Shown here: positions 1 through 11,970 of the stretch, piece after piece | Layout of the letters: every line of letters starts with the position of its first letter | How positions within the stretch are numbered: position 1 is the first letter of the stretch | NCBI GenBank assembly: GCA_964016885.1 | Contig: OZ024742.1 | Coordinates: 37,572,001 to 37,636,000 of the forward strand | Direction: 5' to 3' | DNA length: 64,000 nt | Origin: Eledone cirrhosa | Taxonomy: Eukaryota | Program-made: the position numbers and the translations under genes | Notes under the pieces: model-generated | What the model saw: only the letters and a program-made list of their open reading frames with translations | What the model was told of the DNA's origin: nothing | Databases searched by the model: none

Positions 1-259
1 TGGTCGATGTTGAGAATGCGTTGACCTGGAAGGATCAAGAGGCAAGAGACCATGTTCAGGTTGCCAGAGAGTACAGCCTTGGCGACCGCACCTGGCTAGT
101 TAGAAGAGAGTGAGAATGCCCTGAGTATCCCTTTTATAGGGTCCCAGGACAGAAGTGACAAAAAGGGTTCTGCCACCCCTACGGGAAGTAACTCCAGCTA
201 CTTCCTGTCTAGAGAGCGGTGATGTGATTGTCATAACAAGGGAGGTAACTCTTGCTACA
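1..259 (-). mobile_element. Partial LTR (cut by window start), related to the LTR element at 36198-38109
   Basis: Ends in ...acaagggaggtaactcttgctaca, like ...acaagggagacaaccgctaca at 36533 and 38109. Shares ttttataggg...gaagt(g/t)aca..aagggttct with that LTR. Bases 1-51 also match 37066-37116. Confidence 0.6.
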
Positions 260-789
260 TAGCTATGCATTTATATTTAAGTGTGTAACGATGTTGATAT
301 GATCTATGCCTTCTTATTTTGGTAAGGAGAACATTTTTGTCGCCAGATTTTATTATCTAGGGAGTTTAAATACCACACTTCTGGCTGAAAGCTGACCAGG
401 TTCTCAACTTCATCACACACTAACGCCGGCCTGTGTGTGTATATATATGTGTGTGTGTATGTATGTATGTTCACCGCCATTGCTTCTCCTTGTCATTTCT
501 GTTGAAGTAGTCCTTACTTTCATTCTCTTTGATTTCTTTTATCTCCCTAGGGAATTCGTTGACAAGCTTCTTTAATTTATTTTCTTTATTTTCTTCATTC
601 AAATCACTGACTGTCTAAGAGACGTACAAATATGACTTATAAAACTTACCAAACTAAAAGGGCTTCTAGCGCCCTCAAAGTTTCAAACGCCCCCTTACTA
701 CATAACACTCACCTGGGGCTACGAAACGCCTCCCCGCCGGCATATGCCCCCCCGTTGAGAACCTTTAATCTACATGATAACCGCACCCT

Positions 790-1176
790 ATACATGCTGT
801 AAAGTGGTTGGTCATTAGAAGGGCATCAAGCCATAGAAAGCTTGGGAGGATCCTTTAGTTATGTCAAGGACATGACACCCTTGCTAGTGCTGGTGATCTA
901 CAGAATAAAAACACACAGTACATGCTGTAAAGTGATGGTGTTAGGAAGTGCATCCAGCTGTAGAAAGCTGACGAAACAAGGGGTTAGGAAGATCCGTCAG
1001 TTTGTGTCAAAAGTCACAACTCCTCCGCACTCTATAATGACCATTCGTAAGTGGGATACAAACATCCTCGGCTTGTCTGGGACGTCAGTGGCTCCGCTTC
1101 AGTACTAATTTGGTCAATATAGACCCCGTCCAACCCCTGCCTGCAGGGAAAGCGTACATTAAATGATGATGATGAT
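790..1176 (+). mobile_element. RTE-tail SINE-like repeat with an internally duplicated core and (GAT)n tail
   Basis: Two copies of catgctgtaaagtg..ttag(g)aag(g/t)gcatc(a/c)agc..tagaaagc (794-841, 921-968). The 3' end cccgtccaacccctgcc...aaatgatgatgatgat matches the RTE tail at 41855-41916. Confidence 0.65.
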
Positions 1177-1257
1177 ACCAACAGTCTCTGTCAGAATCTG
1201 GCAAGTGGCAAAAAATACATTCAGCTTGAACTATCCTTGCAATATCAAGAAGCAAGT

Positions 1258-1440
1258 CATCATCGTCATCATCATCATCTTCGTTTAACGTCCATTTTCC
1301 ACGCTAGCATGGCTTAGATGGGAGTTGTCCCACTTGAGGCAAGGTTGGTCGGGTGACCGTGTCTCGCTCATATAGGACTATCTGGCAGGTTTTCTATGGC
1401 TGGATGCCCTTCCTAACACCAACCACATTTACAGTGTGGA
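1258..1440 (-). mobile_element. RTE-tail SINE-like repeat, inverted copy
   Basis: Starts with (CAT)n then gtttaacgtccattttccacgctagcatgg. Contains ctatggctggatgcccttcctaacaccaaccac, the reverse complement of the core at 921-968. Confidence 0.6.
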
Positions 1441-1554
1441 CTAGGAACTTTTTACCGTGTTACCTACATAGCCACATTAACAGCGTGAACTGTGTTTTTT
1501 TTGTCGTGACACCTACACGATCTCAATCTCATTATCTCATTTTGGCAGTATAGG

Positions 1555-1724
1555 TAGAGAGTCGGACGCCATGATTTGACGCAAAGAGTTACGGCCCTTT
1601 CCATTCTGAGTTCAAATCCCGCCGAGGTTAATTTTGCCTTTCATCCTTACGGGGTCGATAAAATAAAATACCAGTAATACACTGGGATATTTGCTGGCCT
1701 TGTGCCAAAAGTAGAAACAATTAT
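1555..1724 (+). mobile_element. tRNA-derived SINE with Deu/Nin-like domain (partial)
   Basis: B-box-like gagttcaaatcc, then gcctttcatccttacggggtcgataaaat...accagt, then tgctggccttgtgccaaaagtagaaacaattat. Near-identical to 6355-6476. Confidence 0.7.
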
Positions 1725-1879
1725 CTCATTTATTTGGACTGGATATTCTGGTACCAACTTTACAGAGAGAGGGTGGTGTTGGTGGGAGTGAGAGGATGGA
1801 GTAGAGGTAGAGGATTGGGGTGTATATTTGGTTAAGAGGTGCCTACTGACTGTAGGTTTCGCTTTGTACATAGGGGGGG

Positions 1880-2994
1880 TCTTCTGTTTAACTGCGTAGC
1901 GCCAAAGGTCTCGGTCCAGTGACATTGTCTTAGAGAGGTGCAAGTGTGTAAGGTCGGAATTTATCAGATCGTCCCAGGTTTTTCTGGGTCTACCTACTCC
2001 GTAACTACCATCAATTTTGATCGCCCTGCACTTTTTCATACAGCTGTCGTCTTTCATGCGCATCATGTGGCCATACCAATGTAGTCTTCTCTCAAGTAAA
2101 CAGCATCTGATCCTTCTTATTCCTAATTTCTCACTTAGTTCATTTATGCTTTGCCATTCACATATATTACTATTACACATCCAACGGAGCATGCATGCTT
2201 CGTCCCTTTCCAGTCTACGCAGGCCCTCTTCACACAATGCCCATGTCTCACTGCCATGTAGCATTGCTGTTCGTATACAGGCATCATACAATTTGCCTTT
2301 CATTTTTAGAGAGAAACCTTTTGTAGCCAACAGCGGTATAAGCTCTCTGAACTTTTTCCATCCCGTCTGACTCTGGCTACTGTACTTTCAAAACACCCTC
2401 CACTAGTGCTGATTTTGTCACCCAGGTAACGGAAAGTCTCTACTATTTCTATAGAACTATCTGGGCAATAGAAGGGGCTAGTATCCTGTGGACACTTGCT
2501 ACCTATTGCACCTGAGCATCGGCCACATATAAAGTCTACGTTCTTAGATAGCAGCCGGTCTTGAACTCCTGTTATAGCCTGAAGGGCAATAATAAATAGG
2601 AGGGGGCTAAGGACAGAGCCTTGGTGAACACCAACTTTTACACTAAATTCTTCACAATATTCATTGTTAATTCTAACCTTACTGACTGTTTCATTAAACA
2701 TAGCTTGTATAGCTCTCACAAGCCATTCATCTACACCTAGTTTTCTAAGAGCCCACCAGATAATGGAGCAGGGGACTCTGTCAAAGGCTTTCTCCAGGTC
2801 TACAAAAGCTAAGTAGAGGGGTTTACTTTTAGCTAGGTACTTCTCTTGTAGTGTCGCACAAGGAAAAGAGCGTCTGTGGTACTTTTACCTGACACAAACC
2901 CAAACTGCATTTCATCTAGATCAATTTGGTTTCTGATTAGTTGCGCTATAACTTTTTCTGTGACCTTCATGACCTGGTCAACTAACTTAATGCC
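1880..2994 (-). mobile_element. Degenerate RTE-clade LINE (RT and C-terminal fragment; frameshifted, internally deleted)
   Basis: Motifs FVDLEKAFDRVP, VGVHQGSVLSPLLF, FRYLG, KGKLYDACIRTAMLHGSETW, RRLHWYGH and GRPRKTW across ORFs 2306-2719, 1647-2330 and upstream sequence. Confidence 0.9.
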
Positions 2995-4232
2995 TCATCA
3001 TGGGAGAGAACTCTCATAGCTTCAGCTTCTCAAATTTGAGGAAATGCAGTGAGAATAGACCTTATCTGTAAACCATCCTGGTGAAAGCAAGTTGGCTTCT
3101 TTTGCAATCTATCAAACCTGTCACTTCTGATAACCATATCTACCTCACTATTCCACCATTAAATTACATATAACTTAACTGAGGTCTTGCTCCAACTGTA
3201 CACTAAATCACTGACTTACAGTATGTTATCTTTTTCATAAATTCTCTATCTAAATGGATGTTTCTAATGCCATTAAGAGGTATCTTTCAACTTCCACATC
3301 TTCCATTTCCACGAAACAGTTCTCTTCTCATCTCAAATTCATACATTTATTTTGTTTTATTGACATTTTGAATGCAATAATTTACAAGAGAGCTTCTTTC
3401 AATTAAAGTTACACTTCTTCCAAATACACAATGTTACAACTGTAAAAATATAAGTAAATAGTTTTTCTAGTTTATTTATTGCAATTTTAATTCAAACACA
3501 AAAGTACATCAGTCACAAAACCCAACTGTCAACTGTTCATAACATAAAAATAGTGACAAATGTTTGTGTAACGAGACTGGGTATTAATGTTAATCCAAAA
3601 TAAATCAGTGCAGATCACAAATTCATGTAACATATAATATATCATTACAACACTTCATTTGTTATTTACACTAACTTTCTAACAAATAAAATACACTGAC
3701 ACATGTAAATCTCCATTCAGTTCCAAAACCATATTGTAGAATATTCAGTAAAAAATTTCAAGAAACTTTTCAGCTCATGTTTGTCTGAGATAAAACAAGA
3801 AAGGCATTGTATGGAAACATTACAAACCAGTGAGATTTTATTTATTAATCTGGGTGTAAATGTTTTTTTATTGAAAACATTCCTAACCATGTATAAGATC
3901 TGGCTGGTATATGATATAAAACAGATTCTTTTTGAAAGTTAATAAGTAGTAAATATTACAACAGTGTGATTTATAATTGTCTTTAAAATGTTACAAAATA
4001 TTCTCAAGTACAAGTAACATAACATTATTGAATCACTGCTTTCATCTATTTTTTCTGATCTTACACAAAATTATATTATATCATTTCTGCCACGAGTTGC
4101 AACCTGCAGATCTTATTAGCAATAGAAAATCCAATACAAACATTGTTTCTTGGTCTGATCTGATGGGTGACACTTTTCCTTTTTCACCATCTCACAGGAA
4201 TTCTAAGGAATAATTTGTAGCATTTCTTCCAA

Positions 4233-5501
4233 CTAATTCTCTTGTTTTATTGTTTGTTTTCCATGAGAGACTTGCCTGTGATGAGTCAAACTCCTATTCA
4301 CAGAGAAAGTTCTACCACAGATGTCACAGCGATATGGTTTCTCACCTGTGTGAACAGGCTTGTGACGAGTTAAACTTTGATTATCAGAGTATGATTTACC
4401 ACAAATATCACACCTATAAGGTCTTTCACCTGTGTGACCACGTATATGAAGTGTTAAATGAGTATTCTGAGAGAATGTTTTACCACAGATATCACAGTGG
4501 TATGGTTTTTCACCTGTGTGAACACGTACATGTTGAGTTAAATGACCATTCTGAGAGAATGTTTTACCACAGGTATTACAATGGTATGGTTTCTCACCAG
4601 TGTGAGTACGTATATGTCTAGTTAGTCTACTACTGCTAGAGAATGTTTTGCCACAGATATCGCAGCGGAATGGTTTATCTCCAGTGTGACCTTTTATGTG
4701 ACTAGCCAAACTATTACATCCAGAGAAAGTTTTACCACAGATATCGCAACGGTATGGTTTCTCACCACTGTGAATAAGTTTGTGGTTAGTCATGTTTCCT
4801 CTCACAGAGAACGTTTTTCCACAGATATCACAACGATGTGGTTTTTCCCTTGTGTGAACAGATTTGTGAACATTTAAATAGGAACTTCGTGAGAATGTTT
4901 TACCACAAACACCACACTGATATGGTTTTTCTCCTGTATGAATACGTATATGACGAGTTAAACTATCAATCTGTGAAAAGGATTTCCCACAGGTATCACA
5001 ATGATATGGTTTCTCACCTGAGTGAGTATATTTGTGTCTACTCAAATGTCCAAATTGTGTGAATCTTCTACCACAAATATCACAGTGGTAAGGCTTTTCA
5101 TCTGTATGAATACGTTTGTGATTCGTTAAAGTACTGCTCTGAGAGAAAGTTTTGTCACAGATATCACAGCGATAAGGTTTTTGGCTTCTATGATTACGTT
5201 TGTGTCTCGTCAGATGACATCTTTGAGAGAATACTTTACCACAGATTAAACATTCAAAATCCTTCTGATCTGACTGAACACCTTTAGAATAAGAACGGTT
5301 TTTACCAGCTGTTTTGCTGTGCATTTTAGAATACTTCAGCTTTAAGCTTGTAAGAAGTACATTATATTGTGTGAATGTTTTCTTATGGATGTCAAAGTGA
5401 TATGATTTCTTCTGTGTATCTCCACATGTCTCATGAGATATGTCGCTAGGTTCAGACTTAATTTCATCACAAACTGGTCTTTCACACACTTTATCCTCCA
5501 T
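4233..5501 (-). CDS. C2H2 zinc-finger protein, 12 tandem fingers (copy 1, 422 aa)
   Basis: Intact ORF with 12 CxxC-x12-HxxxH fingers joined by TGEKP-type linkers. The ~80-aa N-terminus includes a decayed finger (SYHFDIHKKTF). No KRAB, SCAN or BTB domain recognisable. Confidence 0.95.
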   Translation of the reverse strand: MEDKVCERPVCDEIKSEPSDISHETCGDTQKKSYHFDIHKKTFTQYNVLLTSLKLKYSKMHSKTAGKNRSYSKGVQSDQKDFECLICGKVFSQRCHLTRHKRNHRSQKPYRCDICDKTFSQSSTLTNHKRIHTDEKPYHCDICGRRFTQFGHLSRHKYTHSGEKPYHCDTCGKSFSQIDSLTRHIRIHTGEKPYQCGVCGKTFSRSSYLNVHKSVHTREKPHRCDICGKTFSVRGNMTNHKLIHSGEKPYRCDICGKTFSGCNSLASHIKGHTGDKPFRCDICGKTFSSSSRLTRHIRTHTGEKPYHCNTCGKTFSQNGHLTQHVRVHTGEKPYHCDICGKTFSQNTHLTLHIRGHTGERPYRCDICGKSYSDNQSLTRHKPVHTGEKPYRCDICGRTFSVNRSLTHHRQVSHGKQTIKQEN

Positions 5502-5922
5502 AATTTTCTTACAAATATTCTAAAAATGTTTATTTTCAAATGCTTAATGCAGAATAATAAATTCTCTGAAACTTCCTAATAAATATTGAAGCTCTAATAT
5601 ATTTCCTCTGACAGTAAAATAAGATATTTGACAAAGTCTGTAAATTTCTGTTATAAAGAAATAGTTTCAAAATATTTTATTATGACAGTTACTTTTCTAG
5701 GAATTAAAAATCAATATTCAAACAGCCTCCAGTTTTCATTATATATCCAAATATGAAAGACATTACACCAACAGAATATTCATGTTATAACCTTTCTATA
5801 ATCTCAATTAAAATCAAAGTTACAGAGAACAGTTACTTGTGTTCTTGATAATGTCAGTTTTCTGGTTTCAAAATTTGATAAATCTTGAATCAACAATTAC
5901 CATCTCAATGTCACCACAAACC

Positions 5923-7135
5923 CTGCAATAAATAAATATAAGGTAGAAAGGGTGAAGAACAGTTAACATAAGGTTATTGGGGTGAAGTAATTATACATGA
6001 TCATCATTTTAAATTTGTTTACTATGCTGCCATGGGTTAGACAGGTCGTCACGTTCTGAGGTGACCACCTCTTGCTCATACATTTTATTCTTGTAGCAAC
6101 ATATATACAGAAACTATGTACATTAAGTCTTCAGTAAATATACTATTGTATATTTAGTGAGGCTGCCTGTGAGACGTGGCTGACAGAGATTCTCTTGTGT
6201 ACAATAAAAGTGGACACGATATAAAAAATGAAGGAAACAGCCTGTCTGGCCTTGTGTCTATATAAGAAAGCATTATTTACATCAGGGCGGTGGATTGGCA
6301 GTATCGGTAAAGCGTCAGACAGCATGGTTTGCGACATAGTTATGACCCTTTACGTTCTGAGTTCAGATCCCGCCGAGGTTAGTTTTGCTTTTCATCCTTA
6401 CGGGGTTGTTAAAATAAAGTACCAGTAATGCACTGACGTAATTTGCTGGCCTTGTGCCAAAAGTAGAAACAATTATTTAGATCTACTATTGATGGGGTTT
6501 ATGACAGAAATATAAACATTCAACAATCTACTAGTAATGGTTGCTAAAATGTACAAAATATTACATTTTCATTTAAATATTTCTAATTGATGTGTTTAAT
6601 TAACACATATTTAATTAGAGATTAAACAGATGAGAAGCTACAAAAACGCTACGGAGCATATAGAATTATATTAATTACTTTTAACTGATTGTTAATAGTT
6701 ATGTATAATGCGTTTACACTGTTGTTTAATGTTTTCAAATTTCGTTAAAATGAATATAACCAAACACGTTAAACACAAGACAACCCCCTTCACACACACA
6801 CGTATGTATATATATATATATAGCGGCGATGAATTAGTTTTGCGAGGTTTTTTATATGAAATATAAATATATATATACAAGTGTAGGAACAAAGTCAAAA
6901 GATAAAACTAAGGATGTCCAAAATATAGGAAGATTCATTACAAACTGATTTGGTTGAAATGAAACTGTTGTCAAAGAAAGAATAACAATGGAGGGGAACA
7001 TTAGGACACTATGTCACAATTAATAACAAATACATCAATGTTACCATGAATAGTGGTGTTAAATAGTTTATAAAATTCAACATTACTGGTGTTTACTTTT
7101 CAATAGAGATTAAAACAATGTAAAGAACAGCTCAC
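5923..7135 (-). other. Putative 5'UTR intron of ZNF copy 1
   Basis: Minus-strand donor ATG|GTGAGC at 7135 and acceptor tatttatttattgcAG| at 5923. Both sites have counterparts in all five copies. No transcript evidence. Confidence 0.5.
6285..6476 (+). mobile_element. tRNA-derived SINE with Deu/Nin-like domain
   Basis: A-box-like tggcagtatcggt, B-box-like gagttcagatcc, then ttttcatccttacggggttgttaaaataaagtaccagt. Same 3' end as 1555-1724. Confidence 0.72.
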
Positions 7136-7695
7136 CATCAATACATACTGTGGGTTGTTGTTACAGTAGAGATGTTTACACTAGAAATACTAAAACATCA
7201 TATTTAACAACAGATCGAATTATTGTGTATCTTTCTCGCTATTTAGTTAAATAATGTTGAGAGCCGAATGGATCTGTGAATTTTAACAAACATAAAACAT
7301 ATTTCATCTTCCTTTGGTAAAATTCAATTAAATCAGAAGAAACTAAGTGATATATCATATAAGACATAACTAATGTATAAAATGATTAGCCGTACTTTCG
7401 TAAAAAGACTTCCCGATTGTGTATGTCCCGATTGTGTATGTTCCAAAAAGTATAGCAAGTGATTTGATACATTAACTATGATTGTATCTGTGAGCGTGTA
7501 TACAGTCATACTTTAAGCAAGATGAGGACTCCCGGCTTATATGTAGCCCTTCTTAACATCCTGCATTTCCCCACAAACATAGATTTCGTTTCTCCGTTTT
7601 AGCTCGCTCTTAACTTCCTATTCCCGTCCGGTAGATTTAACACTAATTGTCTGTTTAAAAAAAGTCACCATTTAGATTTAAACCTAAATTATTTT

Positions 7696-8860
7696 AAGGT
7701 CAGAGGCCGAGTGGCCAGGAGACCCGCATGGTTAAAGGATTTATAATGTTCTATCAACCTTCACCAGTCACCAGTTCCCCCACCACATTTCAAGGGAGTT
7801 ACCTTGTATATCCCCCTATCTCCCCTCCATCGTCGGATTCAGTCGAAATTAGCCTTAGTCACCCAACCACTCCCGTAACAGCTAGCTTGTCTCTAACGCC
7901 ACCGTGCTCCCATTGCCAGAGTTAATGCTGTGGTCGACCTCACTGATGTTGCCAATTCACCACCAAACTGTGCTCACTGCTTCCGTACCAATTGATATTT
8001 GAAGACCCTTGAATGTCATTTGTGTAGCTTAAACTATCACAGGAGCTGTGTTGGCATTACTAAGGTTCAAGCTGAAAGTTTCTTAAACTGGACCTGTAAC
8101 CAATGGCAATTCAGCAACAATTTACATTTGCAGGTCAGAACCTAGTTCTGACATTCAGATCTCTGTTGGGGATTTTGCTATTGCCCTCCAGTGCTTGTCT
8201 AAATTGAAACTCATCAACAGGATCCCAAAGGGAGCTTGGATCAGTTTCACCCGAGTTCTCTCCAAGCTGCTGAAAAACGTTTGCCTATCCAACAACATCT
8301 TGGATTGGCAGAAACTATTCTTGTTCCCCCCCCCCCCCAGTTTCTCTCCACATGTCTAACACAAAATCTTGATCCCTCACATCTTCTCTAAAATGGCAGT
8401 TCATGTTGTTTGTTTCAACCCTAACTACTGCTCATCTCAAGTTGGTGATCAACTTAGATTCAAACTAAGGCCATTAAAGCCAAATTCAATGAAGTTGACA
8501 TTAAAGGGGCTGTTTGCCTCCTCTCTGTCATCCCTCACCCAGTGCACTACTGATTCACGCAACCAACTGATAGTGAAACATCCTCCGGTTCCTCCGAATG
8601 ACCACTTACACTGGCCCGATCCACCAGGTTATTTACAACCTGTCTTCACCCCAGGAAGGTGATCATATCTTTTCCTGTGGATTCTGGTGCAGGAGTTGAT
8701 CTTCAATGATCTCAGCACCTCAAAATGGTGACCCCTTGATCTCTTGAAGAACCTCACCCAATTCATCAACCTATTCTCATCTAGAATGTCCTCCCTTATA
8801 TTCACCCCGTTCCTTGGGACTAAACTGTTTGGCTTCACAAAGCTCTACGGTGACCTCCAT
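7696..8860 (+). mobile_element. Degenerate CRE-clade non-LTR retrotransposon 5' fragment with PHD finger (cassette A)
   Basis: Broken reading frame gives a PHD-like CAHC..ECHLC..YHRSC..WTC (7969-8106), LINRIPKGAW...DWQKLFLFP, DIKGAVCLL...LIVKHPP, SFPVDSGAG..QHLK and FLGTKLFGFTKLYGD, which resembles the FFGA.L.AL.K..GG.RPI start of CRE RTs. Confidence 0.7.
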
Positions 8861-9606
8861 TATTTGGAATTATTTGTCAATTCCTAAGTTGTTATATTTC
8901 CTCAGAATTAGATACTATTAGGACAAAAATAAATACCACATAACACACAGACATCTTTGTCTTCATATAAACTAAATTTTACTGTTCATTTTTCATTGTC
9001 TTATCCTTCTTAAAACAAATCATTTTCTACATTATACACAATGGTTCAGCTGTTGGGCCCTGACTCTCCCTAATATAGTTACACTCTACTATCCCAAGTA
9101 TCGAGTAATCTGCTGAACAATGGTATTACTAGTTTAAAACTGCTAAAACACTGACCTCTCTCTCTCTCTATATATATATGTATATATATATATAATAAAA
9201 TGTTGTAGTTTGCTTGAAACATTGTGTATAGTGTGTAATGTAGAAAATAATTTGGTTAAAGAAGGATAGGACAATGTGAAATGGACAGTAAAATTTAGTT
9301 AAATGAAGGCAATGAAGATGTTTGTGTGATACCTGGTATTCATTTTCTACATTATACACTATACACAATGCTTCAAGCAAACTACAACATATATATAATT
9401 TTAAAAAAGGACAGATATAATATCAATAGTTTTATTTGTCTCATGCTTGAAAGGAAAAGGAAAGTTCACCATATTAGACATTAGTCCTTCATTAGAAGTA
9501 GAAGAAACACAAAGATGAGGTTCACAGATAGAAGATAAAAAGGGTGGGGGGCATGTGAGTGTGTGTTTTTGCATTTAATTCTTTGTGTGTTTGTGTTGGA
9601 GTGATG

Positions 9607-10258
9607 CATGTATGCCTGAGTGTATTAACATTGTATATATACCTGGTTTGTCCATGTATGGCTGGGTGTATTAACATCGTATATATACCTGGTTTGTCCA
9701 TGTATGGCTGGGTGTATTAACATTGTATATATACCTGGTTTATCCATGTATGGCTGGGTGTATTAACATCGTATATATACCTGGTTTATCCATATATGGC
9801 TGGGTGTATTAACATTGTATATATACCTGGTTTGTCCATGTATGGCTGGGTGTATTAACATTGTATATATACCTGGTTTGTCCATGTATGGCTGGGTGTA
9901 TTAACATTGTATATATACCTGGTTTGTCCATATATGGCTGGGTGTATTAACATTGTATATATACCTGGTTTGTCCATGTATGGCTGGGTGTATTAACATT
10001 GTATATATACCTGGTTTATCCATATATGGCTGAGTGTATTAACATTGTATATATACCTGGTTTGTCCATATATGGCTGAGTGTATTAACATTATATATAT
10101 ACCTGGTTTGTCCATATATGGCTGGATGTATTAACATCGTATATATACCTGGTCTGTCCATATATGGCTGGGTGTATTAACATTGTATATATACCTGGTT
10201 TATCCATATATGGCTGGGTGTATTAACATTGTATATATATACCAGGTTTATCCATGTA
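9607..10258. repeat. 46-bp satellite array 1, about 14 units
   Basis: Consensus ctggt(c/t)t(g/a)tccat(g/a)tatg(g/c)ctg(g/a)gtgtattaacattgtatatatac. Confidence 0.98.
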
Positions 10259-10842
10259 AACATACAAAAAAAAATGTGAAAAACACAACCTAACTCCAAA
10301 AGATGAAATAACAGGAGTAAAAATAAACATATCACGACCATTGCATCATCAATATATGATGCTAAGTAAGAATATGTGTGTACAAGTGTTGATATGTGTA
10401 TGTTTATCAGTGTGTTTCAGCTTTTTGTTGCATGTGTAATGTATCTGCATTTGTGAGTGTCATTTGGTGCATGTGTATTGGTTTGAACATAGATGGGACA
10501 TTAGTGTGGGGCACAGTGGGGAAAGTAGATTAGATGAAGAAGGGCTGCACATTCAGTCCATAGGGGTGGGGGCAATATATGCAGGAAAAAATGAACTTCA
10601 GTTCCCTCAGGTGGCTCGAGTTCATGGGTCCAGTGCAGGATGCAAGGCCAATTACTGTAGGGTGTCATGTGGAATAGCCGAGAGAGCGAAAATATTGGGC
10701 AACAGGAGATGGGTTGCCAACACAGATGTCCCAAAGATGTTCAATGAATCTGTCAACAACACAAGTCAAATTATTTGAGTTAAGTCTGCTTCAGCTCTCA
10801 CTATTTTTCTTAAATAAATCAAACTAATAAAGAATATATATC

Positions 10843-10884
10843 ATCATCATGGTTTAATGTACATCTTCCACGCTAGCATAGGTT

Positions 10885-10918
<34 letters not shown>
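10843..10918 (-). repeat. RTE/SINE tail fragment followed by (TA)n microsatellite (also ~32454-32545 and ~43441-43517)
   Basis: catcatcatggtttaatgtacatcttccacgctagcat, then (AT)n whose length differs between cassettes. Confidence 0.7.
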
Positions 10919-10920
<2 letters not shown>

Positions 10921-11970
10921 TTATTTTATGTCTGCTTTTCATACTGGCATTGGTTGGTCGCTACTGCCTGAGTCAGTTCCTAACTGGAGTTACTGCTCTC
11001 CTAGAGAGGTGATTGAAATAGGTCTCGTTAATGCGTTCCAAATGTTGGCATTGTTTCTACAGCGAGATGTCCTTCTTAACACATTACAGAATGTATTGAT
11101 TATATTTTATCATAACAATTCTAAAGAGGTTGTTTTATCCATTGCAAGGTTAGAGAGAGTTTTTCACTGCATGAAGTCTTTGTCCTTTCAAAGTGAACAT
11201 TACTGAGAGATATTTTATTGAGAGTGATAGCCAAGAGTTGAAAGAGAAAAGAGTGAGAGAATAGATCCGAGTATGTAGGGGAAACATGAGTGATAGTATG
11301 GTAGGGAAACAGAGGAGTAGAGGTAGACACATGTTAATTGTTGGTAGTGGATTGGTGGTTGAGTAGAAAACAGCATGAGCAATGTGATGGGCTAGCCATA
11401 GGGATAAGTCATAGGATGAAATAGCTTTTCTAGATATTTTATTAAAATTTTATGTCAGACACAAAAGTACAAAAGTCACAAAACCCAACTGTCAACTGGT
11501 CATAACATCAAAATAGTGACAAATGTCTGTGTAACCAGGCTGGGTATTAAAGTTAATCCAAAATAAATTGCAGAAGATCACATATTTATATAACATTAAA
11601 TAAATTATTACAACATTTCATTTGTTATTTACACAAATTTTCTACCAGATATATGGTGACAATGACACATGTAAATTTCCATTCAGTTCCATTACCATAT
11701 TGTAGAACATTTTGTAATGACAGTTAAAGAAAATCTCCAGCTCATGTTTGTCTGAGATAAAACAACAAAGATAATGTAGTTTGAAAACACAGCCTTTCTC
11801 CATTTTTTGTTCAGTTCTGAAAGATTTCATTGCATCAATAGTCTCACAGCAATTCTATTGTGGCATGAAATAATAATTTGTACAAATTTTTCATTATTTT
11901 CTTGTATATGTGTCATGGAGCATTGCAATGAGTAAAACTACCACCCTTAGTGGATATTTCTTCATGAATA

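Noticed and set aside
650-775. hAT-like terminus (cccgttgagaacc)
   Set aside because: No matching second TIR or TSD found
4250-5062. Plus-strand ORFs antisense to the ZNF genes (MFYHRYH... repeats, also at the other copies)
   Set aside because: Shadow frames of the periodic C2H2 coding sequence
6285-6375. tRNA gene
   Set aside because: A/B-box-like motifs are present but there is no cloverleaf; it is a SINE head
10464-11332. Recurrent 104-aa, 92-aa and 77-aa ORFs in each cassette spacer
   Set aside because: They recur only because of recent duplication, have no recognisable domain, and are truncated or deleted in cassette D
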